Below, in pieces: positions 12,024 through 21,510 of a stretch of 47,988 bases of DNA. The stretch is from the NCBI GenBank assembly GCA_032128115.1, contig JAQBHB010000030.1, positions 1 through 47,988 of the forward strand, read 5' to 3'. The stretch is from Deltaproteobacteria bacterium (lineage in GTDB: Bacteria; Myxococcota_A; UBA9160; SMWR01). The notes below the pieces were generated by a model. It ran no database searches. It was not told where the DNA came from and saw nothing but the letters and a program-made list of their open reading frames with translations. Numbering within the stretch: the stretch's first letter is position 1; every line of letters begins with the position of its first letter. The translations under genes and the position numbers were made by a program.

Positions 12024-12206
12024 TCAAAACCGCGACGCCTCCGTGCGATCCGGCGCGCCAAGCGTTGAGAGCGAACCGGCCGCCTCCACAGCCTCGAACC
12101 ACACCTGGCGTGCTGCGGCCGGCGCTTCCTCCGCGAGGTAGGAGACGACCTCCTCGAGGGTGTGCTGCCCTTGACGGGTCCAGCTTACTCGGCGCCGAGA
12201 AGCCAC
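12024..12206 (-). pseudogene. Truncated RelE/ParE-family toxin
   Basis: RVSWTRQGQHTLEEVVSYLAEEAPAAARQV...AAGSLSTL matches the ParE/RelE N-terminal pattern and stops at 60 aa. It overlaps the 3' end of the antitoxin. Confidence 0.75.
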
Positions 12207-12379
12207 CGCCGCCGCAGTTCTTCTTCGACTTCCTCGTGGGGGATCGTGCGACCCGCCTCGGCATCGGCGAGGCCCGACGTGACGCGATGGATGACGTAGA
12301 GGTGGTACAGAACGTCGTCCAGCGTGCAGTCGTCCGGCAGCTTGTCGAGAAGCTCGCGCACCGTCTGCTTGGCTTCCAC
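12185..12379 (-). CDS. Putative type II antitoxin (64 aa)
   Basis: GTG at 12379 with GGAGA SD. The sequence AKQTVRELLDKLPDDCTLDDVLYHLYV...GLADAEAGRTIPHEEV is typical of small antitoxins upstream of RelE/ParE genes. Confidence 0.8.
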   Translation of the reverse strand: MEAKQTVRELLDKLPDDCTLDDVLYHLYVIHRVTSGLADAEAGRTIPHEEVEEELRRRWLLGAE

Positions 12380-12444
12380 GGGCAGTCTCCGCGGGGCGAG
12401 AGACTGGACGATAACGCGCCCCTGCTGGGAGCCTTCTTCCTGCG
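12366..12444. repeat. 79-bp direct repeat, copy A (copy B at 14770-14848)
   Basis: Ungapped manual alignment gives 67/79 identical bases. Confidence 0.9.
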
Positions 12445-12660
12445 CGAGCTGGACCTGTGCTTGGAGGCTACGGGGCTTTTCAGCGTGTGCTTCATGGACG
12501 ACATCCTGGTGCTCGCGCTCACGCGCTGGAAGCTGCGGCGCGCGGCGAAGGGGTTCGAGTTTCTGGGCTACCGGCTGGGCCCGCAGGGGCTGGCGGTGGC
12601 GAAGGCGACGTTGCAGCGGTTTACCGAGCGTGCGGCCCGGCTTCACGAGCGAGAGCGCGG
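12419..12660 (+). pseudogene. Fragment of a group II intron-like reverse transcriptase (about RT4 to thumb) with an apparent internal deletion
   Basis: PLLGAFFLRELD...GLFSVCFMDDILVLALTRWKLRRAAK-GFEFLGY...LQRFTERAARLHE: RT4 (S)PLL, catalytic (Y/F)xDD and GFxFLGY motifs. The RT6 segment and the N-terminal half are missing. Confidence 0.8.
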
Positions 12661-14726
12661 CGGCGACGCGCGTGGAGCCACGCCAGCAGCGGCGCGACCG
12701 CGAGCAGCTCGAATCCCAGACCGCACCCGGGGCGCCTGGCCTCGCGGAGCCGCCACGCGCTGCTGCACTGGGGGTCGTCGAGGTCGATACGACCGTCACC
12801 GTCGTTGTCGAGGCCGTCGTCGCACTCCGGGCTCTCGGTGTGCCAGTTCGGGTCGCGGCAGCCCGGGTCGCCCGGGTGATCGATCGCTCCGTCTCCATCG
12901 TTGTCGACGCCATCGCGGCAGGGCGCGTCGAGCAGCGCGACGAGGCGCGCTTCGAGCTGCGCCCGAACAACCTGGTAGGCGGGATCGGCGGCGCGATTGT
13001 CGAGCTGGTCGGGATCCAGGGCCAGATCGTACAGCTCGCGCTCGCCCGTCTCGGACTCGACCCACGTGTAGCCGTTCGCCACGTCGCGTACGCCGAAATA
13101 GTCGGTGCGTGGGTACACGAGCGTGAATACGTCGGCCTGATCCAGCTCCTCCCACCAGTACAGGCCGTCGTGATCGAGGCTCTCGTCCACGACCCCGAGC
13201 CTGGCCGCGGACGGACCGAACGTCAGGATCGCCGTGGTATCGGGCACGTTCGCTTCGACCGCACTCCGCAGGTTCGAGAAGGTCTCCAGTGAGTTCTGGC
13301 TGATGGGCACGGCGATCGCCCCGGCCGACACACCGTCGCCCGCGTCGAACTCGAAGACCTTGGAGGCACGCGGTATCGCTCGCGTCTTTCCATGGAAGAG
13401 TCGGAGTCGGTCTCCCTCCGTGACCGGGCCAAGAAGCCAGAGGGTGGCGTCGCGACCAGGACGCCAGTACTCCATCAGAAAATCCGTCCGCCACCCGTTC
13501 GGCTGGGGTCCGAACAACCAGCCGTCGAAGCTCTCTCCGTCGCTGCCCGCCGGGCCCGCAGGGCCCGCCGCGCCGGCTAGCGCCAGCACGGTGGGGGCGA
13601 CGTCGATGTTGAGCACCGGCGCCGTGCGAACGATCGGCGTCGTCCCGATCTGCCGCGGGTAGCGCACGACAAGCGGCACGCGCAGGCACTCTTCGTATGG
13701 GCAGTCTTTGAGCTGGTCGAACAGGCGATGCTCGCCCCAGCCTACGCCGTGGTCGCTGGTGACGAACACAACCGTGTCGTCTCCGATCCCCAGCGCGTCC
13801 AGGTGGTCGAGAAAAGCCTCGATCTGCTCGTCCACCGCCAGGAGCGTCTCGTAGGCGCGCTCGCGCATCGCGTCCGTGAATGCTCCGGCAACACTGGCAT
13901 CCGGCAGGGAGCCCAGCCACCGGGGTTTGTCGCTGATGTCTGCCTCGTCCCAGCTCGGCGGACGCCAGAGCGGCAGTCCGGCGAACGCACCAAAGTGCCG
14001 GTCTGCCGGCGCGGGTAGCAAGCCCGGCGTCTCTACGTGCGACGCGTAAGGGGACCAGTAGACGAAAAACGGTTCGCCAGCGGCCTCGGCCTCGCTCATG
14101 AACGCGCGAGCAACCTGGGCCGAGAGGTCGGTCAGATATTCGGCGTCGGTCGCGTGGTCGGCGTAGATCGTGCGCGCACCGTCCTCCTCGACGATCTCGT
14201 AGGACTCGCCGTGGATCCCGCCGTAGTGCTCCGTCGAGACCAACGCCCACCAGCGGTCCCAGCCCGGCGGCACGTAGAACCCGCCTCCCGGTCCGGCGCT
14301 GCCCTCCGTCGCCTCGCCGTAGGCGTTGAGGTACTTGCCGAAGAGCCCCGTGCGGTAGCCCGCGTCCTGAAGCCAGACCGCGAGCGTCTGCTGGTCTGCG
14401 CCGCTCACCCGGAATGTGTCGGCTCCACCGATCGGACCGCCGACCTGACGCGTCCCGTGGTGGAAGGCATGGCTGCCCGTGAGCAACGAGGCTCGGCTCG
14501 GGCTGCAGACCGGATCCGTGACGAAGGCGTTGTCGAACCGCACGCCCTCGCCCGCCAGACGCGCTTGCAGCACCGGCATGCCGTCGATGCGAACGTCGTC
14601 GAGCACGATCAGGAGGACGTTCGGCGGCGGGATCGGGTCGGCGCCCGCGGGTACCCCGAGCAGACCCACGACGGCGATCCCGACCACGCATCGAAAGACG
14701 ATCGCCCGCAGCAAGCTCGACCCCAT
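12621..14726 (-). CDS. Secreted Cys-type sulfatase (GlcNAc-6-sulfatase-like) with CxDGxDNDxDG repeats and a CGLGFEL-TM-Arg tail
   Basis: Signal peptide, PNVLLIVLDD, CSPSRASLLTG, GKYLN, TSDHG, NIDVAPT, ELYDL..DP, two Cys/Asp repeats, then CGLGFELLAVAPLLAWLHARRRR. An alternative in-frame GTG lies at 14783. Confidence 0.9.
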   Translation of the reverse strand: MGSSLLRAIVFRCVVGIAVVGLLGVPAGADPIPPPNVLLIVLDDVRIDGMPVLQARLAGEGVRFDNAFVTDPVCSPSRASLLTGSHAFHHGTRQVGGPIGGADTFRVSGADQQTLAVWLQDAGYRTGLFGKYLNAYGEATEGSAGPGGGFYVPPGWDRWWALVSTEHYGGIHGESYEIVEEDGARTIYADHATDAEYLTDLSAQVARAFMSEAEAAGEPFFVYWSPYASHVETPGLLPAPADRHFGAFAGLPLWRPPSWDEADISDKPRWLGSLPDASVAGAFTDAMRERAYETLLAVDEQIEAFLDHLDALGIGDDTVVFVTSDHGVGWGEHRLFDQLKDCPYEECLRVPLVVRYPRQIGTTPIVRTAPVLNIDVAPTVLALAGAAGPAGPAGSDGESFDGWLFGPQPNGWRTDFLMEYWRPGRDATLWLLGPVTEGDRLRLFHGKTRAIPRASKVFEFDAGDGVSAGAIAVPISQNSLETFSNLRSAVEANVPDTTAILTFGPSAARLGVVDESLDHDGLYWWEELDQADVFTLVYPRTDYFGVRDVANGYTWVESETGERELYDLALDPDQLDNRAADPAYQVVRAQLEARLVALLDAPCRDGVDNDGDGAIDHPGDPGCRDPNWHTESPECDDGLDNDGDGRIDLDDPQCSSAWRLREARRPGCGLGFELLAVAPLLAWLHARRRRALAREAGPHAR

Positions 14727-14769
14727 GTGTGCACTCGGGCCCCAGTGTATCACCCGGTCCGGGCAGGGT

Positions 14770-14848
14770 TGTTTGGCTGCCACGGGCCGTCTCCGCGGGG
14801 CGAGGGTATGGGCAATAGCACGCCGCTGTTGGGAGCCTTCTTCCTGCG
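14770..14848. repeat. 79-bp direct repeat, copy B
   Basis: Matches 12366-12444. It carries the antitoxin SD and first codons (minus strand) and the RT PLLGAFFLR codons (plus strand). Confidence 0.9.
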
Positions 14849-15076
14849 ACTGGTGGCCCGGGCCGGTAACGTGAAGGCTCATGGAATCGAACCCGAGATC
14901 TGGAATCTGTTGATGGGCGCTCTGGTTTCCGGTCCTGCCGACGGCGATCCTCGCCCTGGCACTGCCGTTTCTGGCCTTCGCAATCGCTGTCTTCGTGGGA
15001 ACGCTCGGCGCCCCTCGTGGGCGGCCCGGGTGATCTGCGCTAGACAGGGCCCCGAAACGTGCGAGGAGTTCGAAGC

Positions 15077-15958
15077 ATGAGCGCGGGAAATCCGACAGCT
15101 TCCGGGAGCCGCGGCAGCCGTCGCCAGACACGGCTGGCGATCGTTGCCGTGTGTCTCGCGTTCGTGGCGGCCTGTGCGTCGCGACCGTTGCCGGAGCTTC
15201 TGCCCGTAACGTCTTCTCCCACCGGGCTCGTGCTCCCGGGCAAGTTCGTCTGGATCGATCTGGTGAGTCGCGACGTGACCGAGTCCAAGAAATTCTACGG
15301 CCAGCTCTTCGGGTGGACCTTTCAGGACGGCGTGCGTTACGTCTCGATCCTGCACGAGGGAACCGCCATCGCCGGCATCGTAGCGGCGGCGCATCCCGAG
15401 TTCGGGTCCGAGTGGGTGGGCAACCTTTCGGTGGCCGACGTGGATCGCGCGGCCGCCTTCATGACCCGGCGAGGCGGCAGCGTGGAACGGGGACCGGTGG
15501 ACGCTCCCCAGCGCGGTCGCTTGGCCCTGGTGCGGGATCCCGACGAGGCGCGTGTCCTGCTGGTCCGCGCCACCGGCGGCGACCCCCCGGACGTGGCCCC
15601 GGCCGTGGGTCGCTGGTTGTGGCGGGAACTCTGGACCCACGACGTGGCTGCGGCCGTGAGCTTGTACTCGACGCTCGGCGGCTACGAGCCCGAGATCATC
15701 GAGCTGGACGGCCAGAGCTATCACGTGCTCAAGCAGGGCGACCGGCCCCGCGCCGGCGTGCTCGAAGCGCCGCCCGACGTCAATCCCCTGTGGCTCCCGT
15801 ACGTGCGGGTGAAGGATGTGGCGGCCAGCGCAGGCCTCGCCGAGAGCCTGGGCGCGCGCATCGTGTTGCAGGACGATCGCAATGCGATCCTGGTCGATCC
15901 CGGCGGCGCACCCTTCGGGATCCAGGTCTGGTCGGGACGAACGGAGGCGACGCAATGA
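15077..15958 (+). CDS. VOC (glyoxalase/bleomycin resistance) two-domain lipoprotein
   Basis: GAGGAG SD, lipobox VAAC, PGKFVWIDL...KFYGQLFGW, two repeats ending in DP-x-(E/G)A. Confidence 0.85.
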   Translation: MSAGNPTASGSRGSRRQTRLAIVAVCLAFVAACASRPLPELLPVTSSPTGLVLPGKFVWIDLVSRDVTESKKFYGQLFGWTFQDGVRYVSILHEGTAIAGIVAAAHPEFGSEWVGNLSVADVDRAAAFMTRRGGSVERGPVDAPQRGRLALVRDPDEARVLLVRATGGDPPDVAPAVGRWLWRELWTHDVAAAVSLYSTLGGYEPEIIELDGQSYHVLKQGDRPRAGVLEAPPDVNPLWLPYVRVKDVAASAGLAESLGARIVLQDDRNAILVDPGGAPFGIQVWSGRTEATQ

Positions 15959-16140
15959 GTCCGTTGCGCGCGATCGCGCTTTCGCTGGCGGCCGCAGGCC
16001 TGCTGGCGTCGAGCCCGGGCTGCGCCTCGAGTGGCGCCTCCCGCGACGGTTACTACACCCGCGGCGCCCATCGGGATGCCTACCCACCCGCCGGCATGCC
16101 GGGCTCGCCCGTCCGCTACGGCCGGCCCTACTACTACTGA
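15955..16140 (+). CDS. Small Tyr/Gly/Pro-rich putative lipoprotein (61 aa)
   Basis: ATGA overlap with the upstream stop, hydrophobic signal ending SPGC, C-terminus RYGRPYYY. Confidence 0.65.
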   Translation: MSPLRAIALSLAAAGLLASSPGCASSGASRDGYYTRGAHRDAYPPAGMPGSPVRYGRPYYY

Positions 16141-16173
16141 TCCGCTCCCGGTTCCGAGCCTTCGCCGCGGCGT

Positions 16174-17580
16174 CTAGCGCAGGTAGCCCATGGCGCGCAG
16201 GCGGTCGGCGATGGAGGGGTCGATGCGCACGCCCTTCTCCACTACGCCCGGGCCCGATTGCTCCAGGTGGGTATCGAGGAGCTGGCGCATGCGGGCGGCC
16301 TGATCGCCCTCGCGAGTGATCAGGTTCACGTTCTCGCCCGGATCGACCTGGCGGTCGAACAGGTACTCGGCGCCCGGCGCCACGGCGCGGCCCTCATAGG
16401 CCTTTTCGTCGCCCTCCTCCGGTAGAGCGTTGCGGGCGTAGGTCCATTCGCCGTCGTTGACCGATGTCTGGACCGACGCGTCGGGGAACAGCGGCACCCC
16501 CAGAGCCGCAAACGCCGGGCGGTCGGACTCGGATCCCCCCGTCATCAGCGGCAGCAGCGAACGCCCCTCGAAGCTTGGCGGCGGGGTCAGACCCACCAGG
16601 TCGAGCAGCGTGGGCGCCACGTCCAGGTTGCGCACCTGGGCCGTCACGCGTACGGGTTCCACCGGAAACGGGAACCGGAAGACGAGCGGCACCCAGATCA
16701 CCGGTGTCAGCACGTTGCGCGCGTGGCCGTGCACTCCGTGCTCGCCGAACGTCTCGCCGTGGTCGGCGCCGAAGATCATCACTGTGTGGTCGAGTACACC
16801 CTCATCATCGAGCTTCTCGCGTACCCGTTTCACCGCGTCGTCGACCCAGCGAACGGCTGCCAGATACGCACCCCGGCTGTCGGTGCCAAAGGTCTTGAAT
16901 GGGGGCGGCGCCGCAAACTCGTGCACGTCCATGAAGTGCAGATACAGGAAGAAGGGTCGGTCCGGATCGTGTGCTTCGATCAGGCGCACCGCCTCCTCGT
17001 ACACGCGGTCGGCGTGGGGCCACAGGGTGGGCCGCCCCAGGTTGGGATTGACGCCGCCCTTGGGAAACATGTACCGGTCGAAGCCCTGGTGGAATCCGAA
17101 GCTCTGGTGCAGCCAGCCGTTGGTCTGAACGCCGTAGGTGGCGTAGCCCGCGTCGTGGAGCACCTCGGCCAGCGTTACGGCGCTCTCGCCGAGCCCGTCC
17201 TGGGCTTCCCGGATGCCGTGGCTGCGCGGCCAGAGCGACGTCATGAGCGAGGCCACGGACATCTTCGTCCACGACGATTGAGAGCGGGTGCGCTCGAAGA
17301 GCACGCCGCGCTCGGCCCAGCGCGAAAGCTCGGGCGCCGTGTCGTGCTCGAACCCGTAGGGGGTGGTGTAGTCGGCGCGCAGGGTGTCGACCACGATCCA
17401 CACTAGGTTGGGTCGGCCGAGCGCAGCCAGGCGAGCCGGGATTTCGGCGGGCGGTGTCGGCGGGGCGCAGGCCCACGCGGCCAGCACGCATACCAGCCCG
17501 AACCTGCGGAGATCACGGCAGCGAATGGAGGGCCTCCCGGGCCGCAACGCGCAAGGCCTCGTTGGCGCCGCCGTTTGCAT
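16174..17580 (-). CDS. Sulfatase-like (alkaline phosphatase superfamily) lipoprotein with Thr at the nucleophile position; start uncertain (about 17490-17580)
   Basis: LAAWAC lipobox-like, PNLVWIVVDTLRAD, SWTKMSVASLMTS, LHFMDVH, ADHGE, C-terminal RLRAMGYL. Confidence 0.85.
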   Translation of the reverse strand: MQTAAPTRPCALRPGRPSIRCRDLRRFGLVCVLAAWACAPPTPPAEIPARLAALGRPNLVWIVVDTLRADYTTPYGFEHDTAPELSRWAERGVLFERTRSQSSWTKMSVASLMTSLWPRSHGIREAQDGLGESAVTLAEVLHDAGYATYGVQTNGWLHQSFGFHQGFDRYMFPKGGVNPNLGRPTLWPHADRVYEEAVRLIEAHDPDRPFFLYLHFMDVHEFAAPPPFKTFGTDSRGAYLAAVRWVDDAVKRVREKLDDEGVLDHTVMIFGADHGETFGEHGVHGHARNVLTPVIWVPLVFRFPFPVEPVRVTAQVRNLDVAPTLLDLVGLTPPPSFEGRSLLPLMTGGSESDRPAFAALGVPLFPDASVQTSVNDGEWTYARNALPEEGDEKAYEGRAVAPGAEYLFDRQVDPGENVNLITREGDQAARMRQLLDTHLEQSGPGVVEKGVRIDPSIADRLRAMGYLR

Positions 17581-19912
17581 CCAGGCCAACCAGCAGCACG
17601 CGAGCCTCGTCCGTGCGACCCGTGTCGCGGTACGCGAGCGCCAGGTGCAGGACGGCGTCGGGAAGTTCGGGAGCCGCGGCGTGGGCTTCCTCGAGGATCG
17701 ACACCGCGCGATCGGCCAACCCCTTGCGAAGATAGAGTGCACCCAGGGTGTCCATGACATAGGGATCCGCAGCGTCGAGTCGGTAGGCCTCTTGCGCCAC
17801 CGCAAGCGCGCCATCGAGATCCCCCTGTGCGCTCAGCAGCTCGGCCAGGTTGTTGAGCGGCCGCGAGTCGCGCTCGTCGAGTGCTGCGGCGCGTCGGTAG
17901 GCCAGCGCCGCCGGCGCGGACTCCCCCAGGGATTGCCGCGCCACACCCAGCATGAAGTGGGCGCCGGCATCGTCGGGACGCGCGGCCAGGTAGCTCGTAC
18001 AGTCCTCCACCGCTCCCGCCCAGCGACCGCTGGCTGCGCGAAACTCACAGCGCACACGCCAGGGCCAGGGCTCAGCGGGATCGAGGTCGAGGGCCCGGTC
18101 GGTGGCACGGGCGCCCTCTTCCGCCGCGCCCGCCGCGAACAACAGCGCCGCGAGGGCCGCGTGCAGGGGCGCAGCATCCGGGTGGCGGGCCAGGGCCTGG
18201 CGCGCGTGGGCCACTCCGTCGTCTACACGACCGGCCATTCCGAGCGTGAGGATGCGCTGGGCCTCGATCGGAATGGGCGCCGCGCCACCCGCCTCGGCCG
18301 CGTCGAGCGCGGCAAGCGCCTCGTCATGACGACGCTGCGCCCGCAGCGCTCGCGCCCGCAAGAGCAACGGCTCCGGCCGATCGGGAAAACGCTCGACGCA
18401 CGCAGTGGCGGCGCGTTCGGCCGCTTCGCCCTCTCCCAGGTTCTCCAGCGCCTCGACCAGCGCCAGCCAGCCCTCGATCCGATCGGGAGCCAGCGTCACC
18501 AGATGCTGCGAGCGCGCGACTACCGAGCGCCAATCGCCCCGCCGCTGTTCCAGGGAGAGCAGCGCCGCGGCGGGGGCGACCCACTGGGGATCGCGCTGCA
18601 TGGCCAACCCGTAGCGGCGGCGCGCACCCGCGCCATCTCCCAGCACCTCGAGTGCGCGGCCCAGCCAGTACTGGGTCGCAGCGCGATCCAGCCGGGGCGC
18701 CAGCGCGCGCAGGCGCTCGGCCGCCGCCGCCGCGTCGCCTTCGGCCAGCTCGACGCGGGCAATCAGGTAGTCGATCTGGGGATCGTCGTCGAAGGTGAGA
18801 TCGCGGAAGCGATCGAGTTCCGACCGGGCGGCCTCGAGCTGTTCGCGAGCCAGCAGCGCCTCGGTGTGGAGCAGGCGCAGGGTGGGCTCATCGGGATAGC
18901 GCGAGATCGCCTCTTCCAGCACGGCCACCGTCGCATCCGCGTCGTCGCGAACCGAGTGAAACGTGACCCAGGGCAGGTAGGCGGCCGCCGAGTCCGAGTG
19001 GGCGACGAAACGGCGCAGCGCGGCCTCGGCCTCCGTCTCCCGGTCGAGGGCCACATAGAGATCGGCTGCCAATGCGTACAACCCCACCGGCGCATCCTCG
19101 GCCTCCAGCGCCTGCTCCACCCGGGCGAGTGCCTCTTCGCCGCGCTCGCGCTGAATCAGCATCTGCATGAGCTGACGCCACACCAGCAGGTCTTCGGGTT
19201 GCGAAGCGAGCATCGTTTCCAGCATCGCGATCGCCGCATCCGGCTCCCCCTGCGCCGCTTCGATCTGGGCCAGGGTGAGATCGAGTCTGCGCCGGATGCC
19301 TTGCGACTCCTCGTCGTCCCCGGCGAGCGCCGCGCGCGCCTCGTCGATTGCCGCGCGCGCCTCGTCGCGGCGATGTTCTTTCAGGAGCGTCGCGATGCGC
19401 AGCAAGCGGGCCTCGGGGCGCTCGGGATAGAGCTTCTCGGTCTCCGCCAGGGTCGCGAGGGCCGCGTTCAGGTCGCCCATCTCGAGTTCCGCCTGGGCCC
19501 GCACCACCAGGGCCACCGGGTGCTCCTCCGCATCGGCCCCTATGGGAAGCACCGATGCGCGCGCCAGGGCCGGATTGCCAAGCAGCAATGCCACGCGCCC
19601 CGACGCAACGCGCACGTTCGCGCGCTCGGGAAAGCGCCGCACCGCCTCTTCCAACAGCCAGCCAGCGTCCGGCGCACTCCCGGCCTGTACCTGGAGTTGC
19701 GCCACCTCGATGAGGGTCTCCGGCGCGTCGGGCAGGCTCGAGCGCAGATCGTCGATGGCCGCGAGCGCCTCGATGCGATCGCCACGCCCGAGTGCCTCGC
19801 GGAAACGCTCTCGGGCCGCATCGGCTCGCTCCTCGGCCGATGCACAGGCCAGGATCGTCGCCAGCGTAGCCACGAACACCGTCACGAAGAAGAGTCGCCG
19901 CACGGCGCGCAT
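17513..19912 (-). CDS. Large TPR-repeat lipoprotein (PrsT-like architecture); start ATG 19912 or GTG 19903
   Basis: Lipobox ILAC followed by about 780 aa of Ala/Leu-rich TPR-like repeats, including LNNLA and MDTLGALYL. Confidence 0.85.
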   Translation of the reverse strand: MRAVRRLFFVTVFVATLATILACASAEERADAARERFREALGRGDRIEALAAIDDLRSSLPDAPETLIEVAQLQVQAGSAPDAGWLLEEAVRRFPERANVRVASGRVALLLGNPALARASVLPIGADAEEHPVALVVRAQAELEMGDLNAALATLAETEKLYPERPEARLLRIATLLKEHRRDEARAAIDEARAALAGDDEESQGIRRRLDLTLAQIEAAQGEPDAAIAMLETMLASQPEDLLVWRQLMQMLIQRERGEEALARVEQALEAEDAPVGLYALAADLYVALDRETEAEAALRRFVAHSDSAAAYLPWVTFHSVRDDADATVAVLEEAISRYPDEPTLRLLHTEALLAREQLEAARSELDRFRDLTFDDDPQIDYLIARVELAEGDAAAAAERLRALAPRLDRAATQYWLGRALEVLGDGAGARRRYGLAMQRDPQWVAPAAALLSLEQRRGDWRSVVARSQHLVTLAPDRIEGWLALVEALENLGEGEAAERAATACVERFPDRPEPLLLRARALRAQRRHDEALAALDAAEAGGAAPIPIEAQRILTLGMAGRVDDGVAHARQALARHPDAAPLHAALAALLFAAGAAEEGARATDRALDLDPAEPWPWRVRCEFRAASGRWAGAVEDCTSYLAARPDDAGAHFMLGVARQSLGESAPAALAYRRAAALDERDSRPLNNLAELLSAQGDLDGALAVAQEAYRLDAADPYVMDTLGALYLRKGLADRAVSILEEAHAAAPELPDAVLHLALAYRDTGRTDEARVLLVGLDANGGANEALRVAAREALHSLP

Positions 19913-19953
19913 TCTACGCCAAACGATCTGGTGCGCGATGGACTCTGGAGGGG

Positions 19954-21177
19954 CTAGATCGAAAGGCGCCAGCCCTTCGGCTCGAGGCGCACCGCCTTCG
20001 CGTAGCGCGCGAGTCCGGTCTCGGCGGCACGGCCTTCGGCCAGCGACTCCGGACGGCGCGTTCCCGTGGACTCGAAACGGCACGAGAGCACACGCAGCAC
20101 TCCGCGCTTGCGTTCGGCCTTCAGGTCGAAGCGCGCCACCAGCCGATCCCCGGCGAGAACGGGCAGGCAGTAATAGCCGTACTCGCGCTGGCGGGCCGGC
20201 TTGAAGATTTCCAGGCGCTGATCGAATTCGAACAGACGCTTCACCCGCGCGCGGTCCCAGAGCAGCGGGTCGAACGGCGAGAGCAGCACGCCGCGATCGC
20301 GGCGCGGACGCACGCGCCGAAGGCGGGCGGCCAGTTCCAGATCCGAGGGCCGGATCCAACCAGCGATGGGACGTCCCTCCCGGTTTTCCAGCGCGCACGG
20401 CTCGACGGCCCCCCGGGCGCAAAGCCGCGCAAGGGCCGCCGCGATCTGACGCCGGCGGTTTGCCAGGCGCCAGGTAGACGCGAGGGTTCCCGTGGTGGCC
20501 CAGCCGTGTCCGTCCAGGGCCTTGAGGAGCAGCACCTCCAGAGCCTCCGCCACGGGCAGCGGCCGGCTGCGCAGCGTCTCGGGAATCACACGCGTGGCCA
20601 GATCGAAGCTGCGCTGGAAGTTCCTGCGCTCGCACACGGCCAGCTCACCGCGGGACCACAGAGCGCGGGCCACCCGCTTGCCAGCGCTCAGGTCCCACCA
20701 CCCGCGACTCCCGGGTCCCTCGATGTCCAGCGAGCGAAGCGGCCCTTTCTCCCGGATGCGGCGCCGAAGCTTGCGAGCCACACCCGGGTGCTGGCCCACC
20801 GGATCACCCCACCAGGGGTCGCGGCGAAACTCGCGACGCCGAAAATCCAGGGCCGGGTACAGCTCCAGGGGAATCCAGCAGGCCTCGTGTCCCCAGTACT
20901 CGAAGAGGGGCTCGCCCGGACGCAGCAGCTCTTCGGCCAGCCCGGGATCGAAACCCTCGAGGCGCGAGAGCAGCACGATGGCATGACTGCGCGCACCGGC
21001 GATGGAGACCGTGTCCAGCTGCAGATAGCCGAAGCGCCGGATCACCTTGTGGGCTCCGGCGCGGGCGCGCGCGCCGCGGCCCGACGCCCGACCCGGGAGC
21101 CCCGTCCACTCGGGCTTCAGCAGGCCCGCGCGCGCCAACGCCAGGCGACGCGCTTCAACGACCGGGAGTGTGCGCAC
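19954..21177 (-). CDS. YcaQ/AlkZ-family winged-helix DNA crosslink repair glycosylase
   Basis: LQLDTVS..ARSH (QxD motif), [21 protein letters not shown]...LF.F...[22 protein letters not shown]. Confidence 0.88.
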   Translation of the reverse strand: MRTLPVVEARRLALARAGLLKPEWTGLPGRASGRGARARAGAHKVIRRFGYLQLDTVSIAGARSHAIVLLSRLEGFDPGLAEELLRPGEPLFEYWGHEACWIPLELYPALDFRRREFRRDPWWGDPVGQHPGVARKLRRRIREKGPLRSLDIEGPGSRGWWDLSAGKRVARALWSRGELAVCERRNFQRSFDLATRVIPETLRSRPLPVAEALEVLLLKALDGHGWATTGTLASTWRLANRRRQIAAALARLCARGAVEPCALENREGRPIAGWIRPSDLELAARLRRVRPRRDRGVLLSPFDPLLWDRARVKRLFEFDQRLEIFKPARQREYGYYCLPVLAGDRLVARFDLKAERKRGVLRVLSCRFESTGTRRPESLAEGRAAETGLARYAKAVRLEPKGWRLSI

Positions 21178-21404
21178 GAATCTTCACCCGGCGCCGATCC
21201 TAGACGATCGGGGCGATTCGCATCCAACTTGCCCCCCCGCTGCCCTGCCAAGTTACAGAAACGCGCACATCCCTCTGGGGCGATCGCCCGGCGGAAAAAG
21301 GCCTCCGTTTCGACGGAAACTGCGCACCGGTTCCCAGAGTTCCCGTGCAAACGAGCGTTTCGCACGTGGAGTGCACACCCGTTCGCGCGCAGCTTCGCCT
21401 CATT

Positions 21405-21420
21405 CGTGATCTGTATCACG
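21405..21420. promoter_or_regulatory. CRP/FNR-family-like palindromic site upstream of the collagen-like gene
   Basis: CGTGAT-CTGT-ATCACG is a perfect inverted repeat with GTGA-N6-TCAC spacing, about 90 bp before ATG 21511. Confidence 0.55.
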
Positions 21421-21510
21421 CATTTTTTCAAGTGCGTGCGCAGCTGCACCGATGTTCTGGGGCGAAACGAGGCCACGGGTCGGGTGTGTGTCTCGAAGGA
21501 GCTTTCAAAC

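Noticed and set aside
12185..12970. 261-aa ORF as a single protein
   Set aside because: Only the last 64 codons (the antitoxin, with its own SD) look real. The rest is off-frame sulfatase and antisense RT sequence.
12366..14848. Diversity-generating retroelement (RT plus TR/VR pair)
   Set aside because: The 12 mismatches are not confined to adenines of one copy, the RT is a fragment, and neither repeat lies in a target-gene 3' end.
11853..15070. Intact integrative element or prophage at tRNA-Thr
   Set aside because: No integrase, phage genes or duplicated tRNA 3' end were found by eye.
14849..15131. N-terminal extension of the sulfatase to 15131, and similar extensions of ORFs 17513-20635, 20506-23211, 30007-32868, 33525-35540, 41178-43346 and 43988-46072
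   Set aside because: The extensions overlap neighbouring genes or intergenic DNA and precede clear signal peptides or SD-supported starts.
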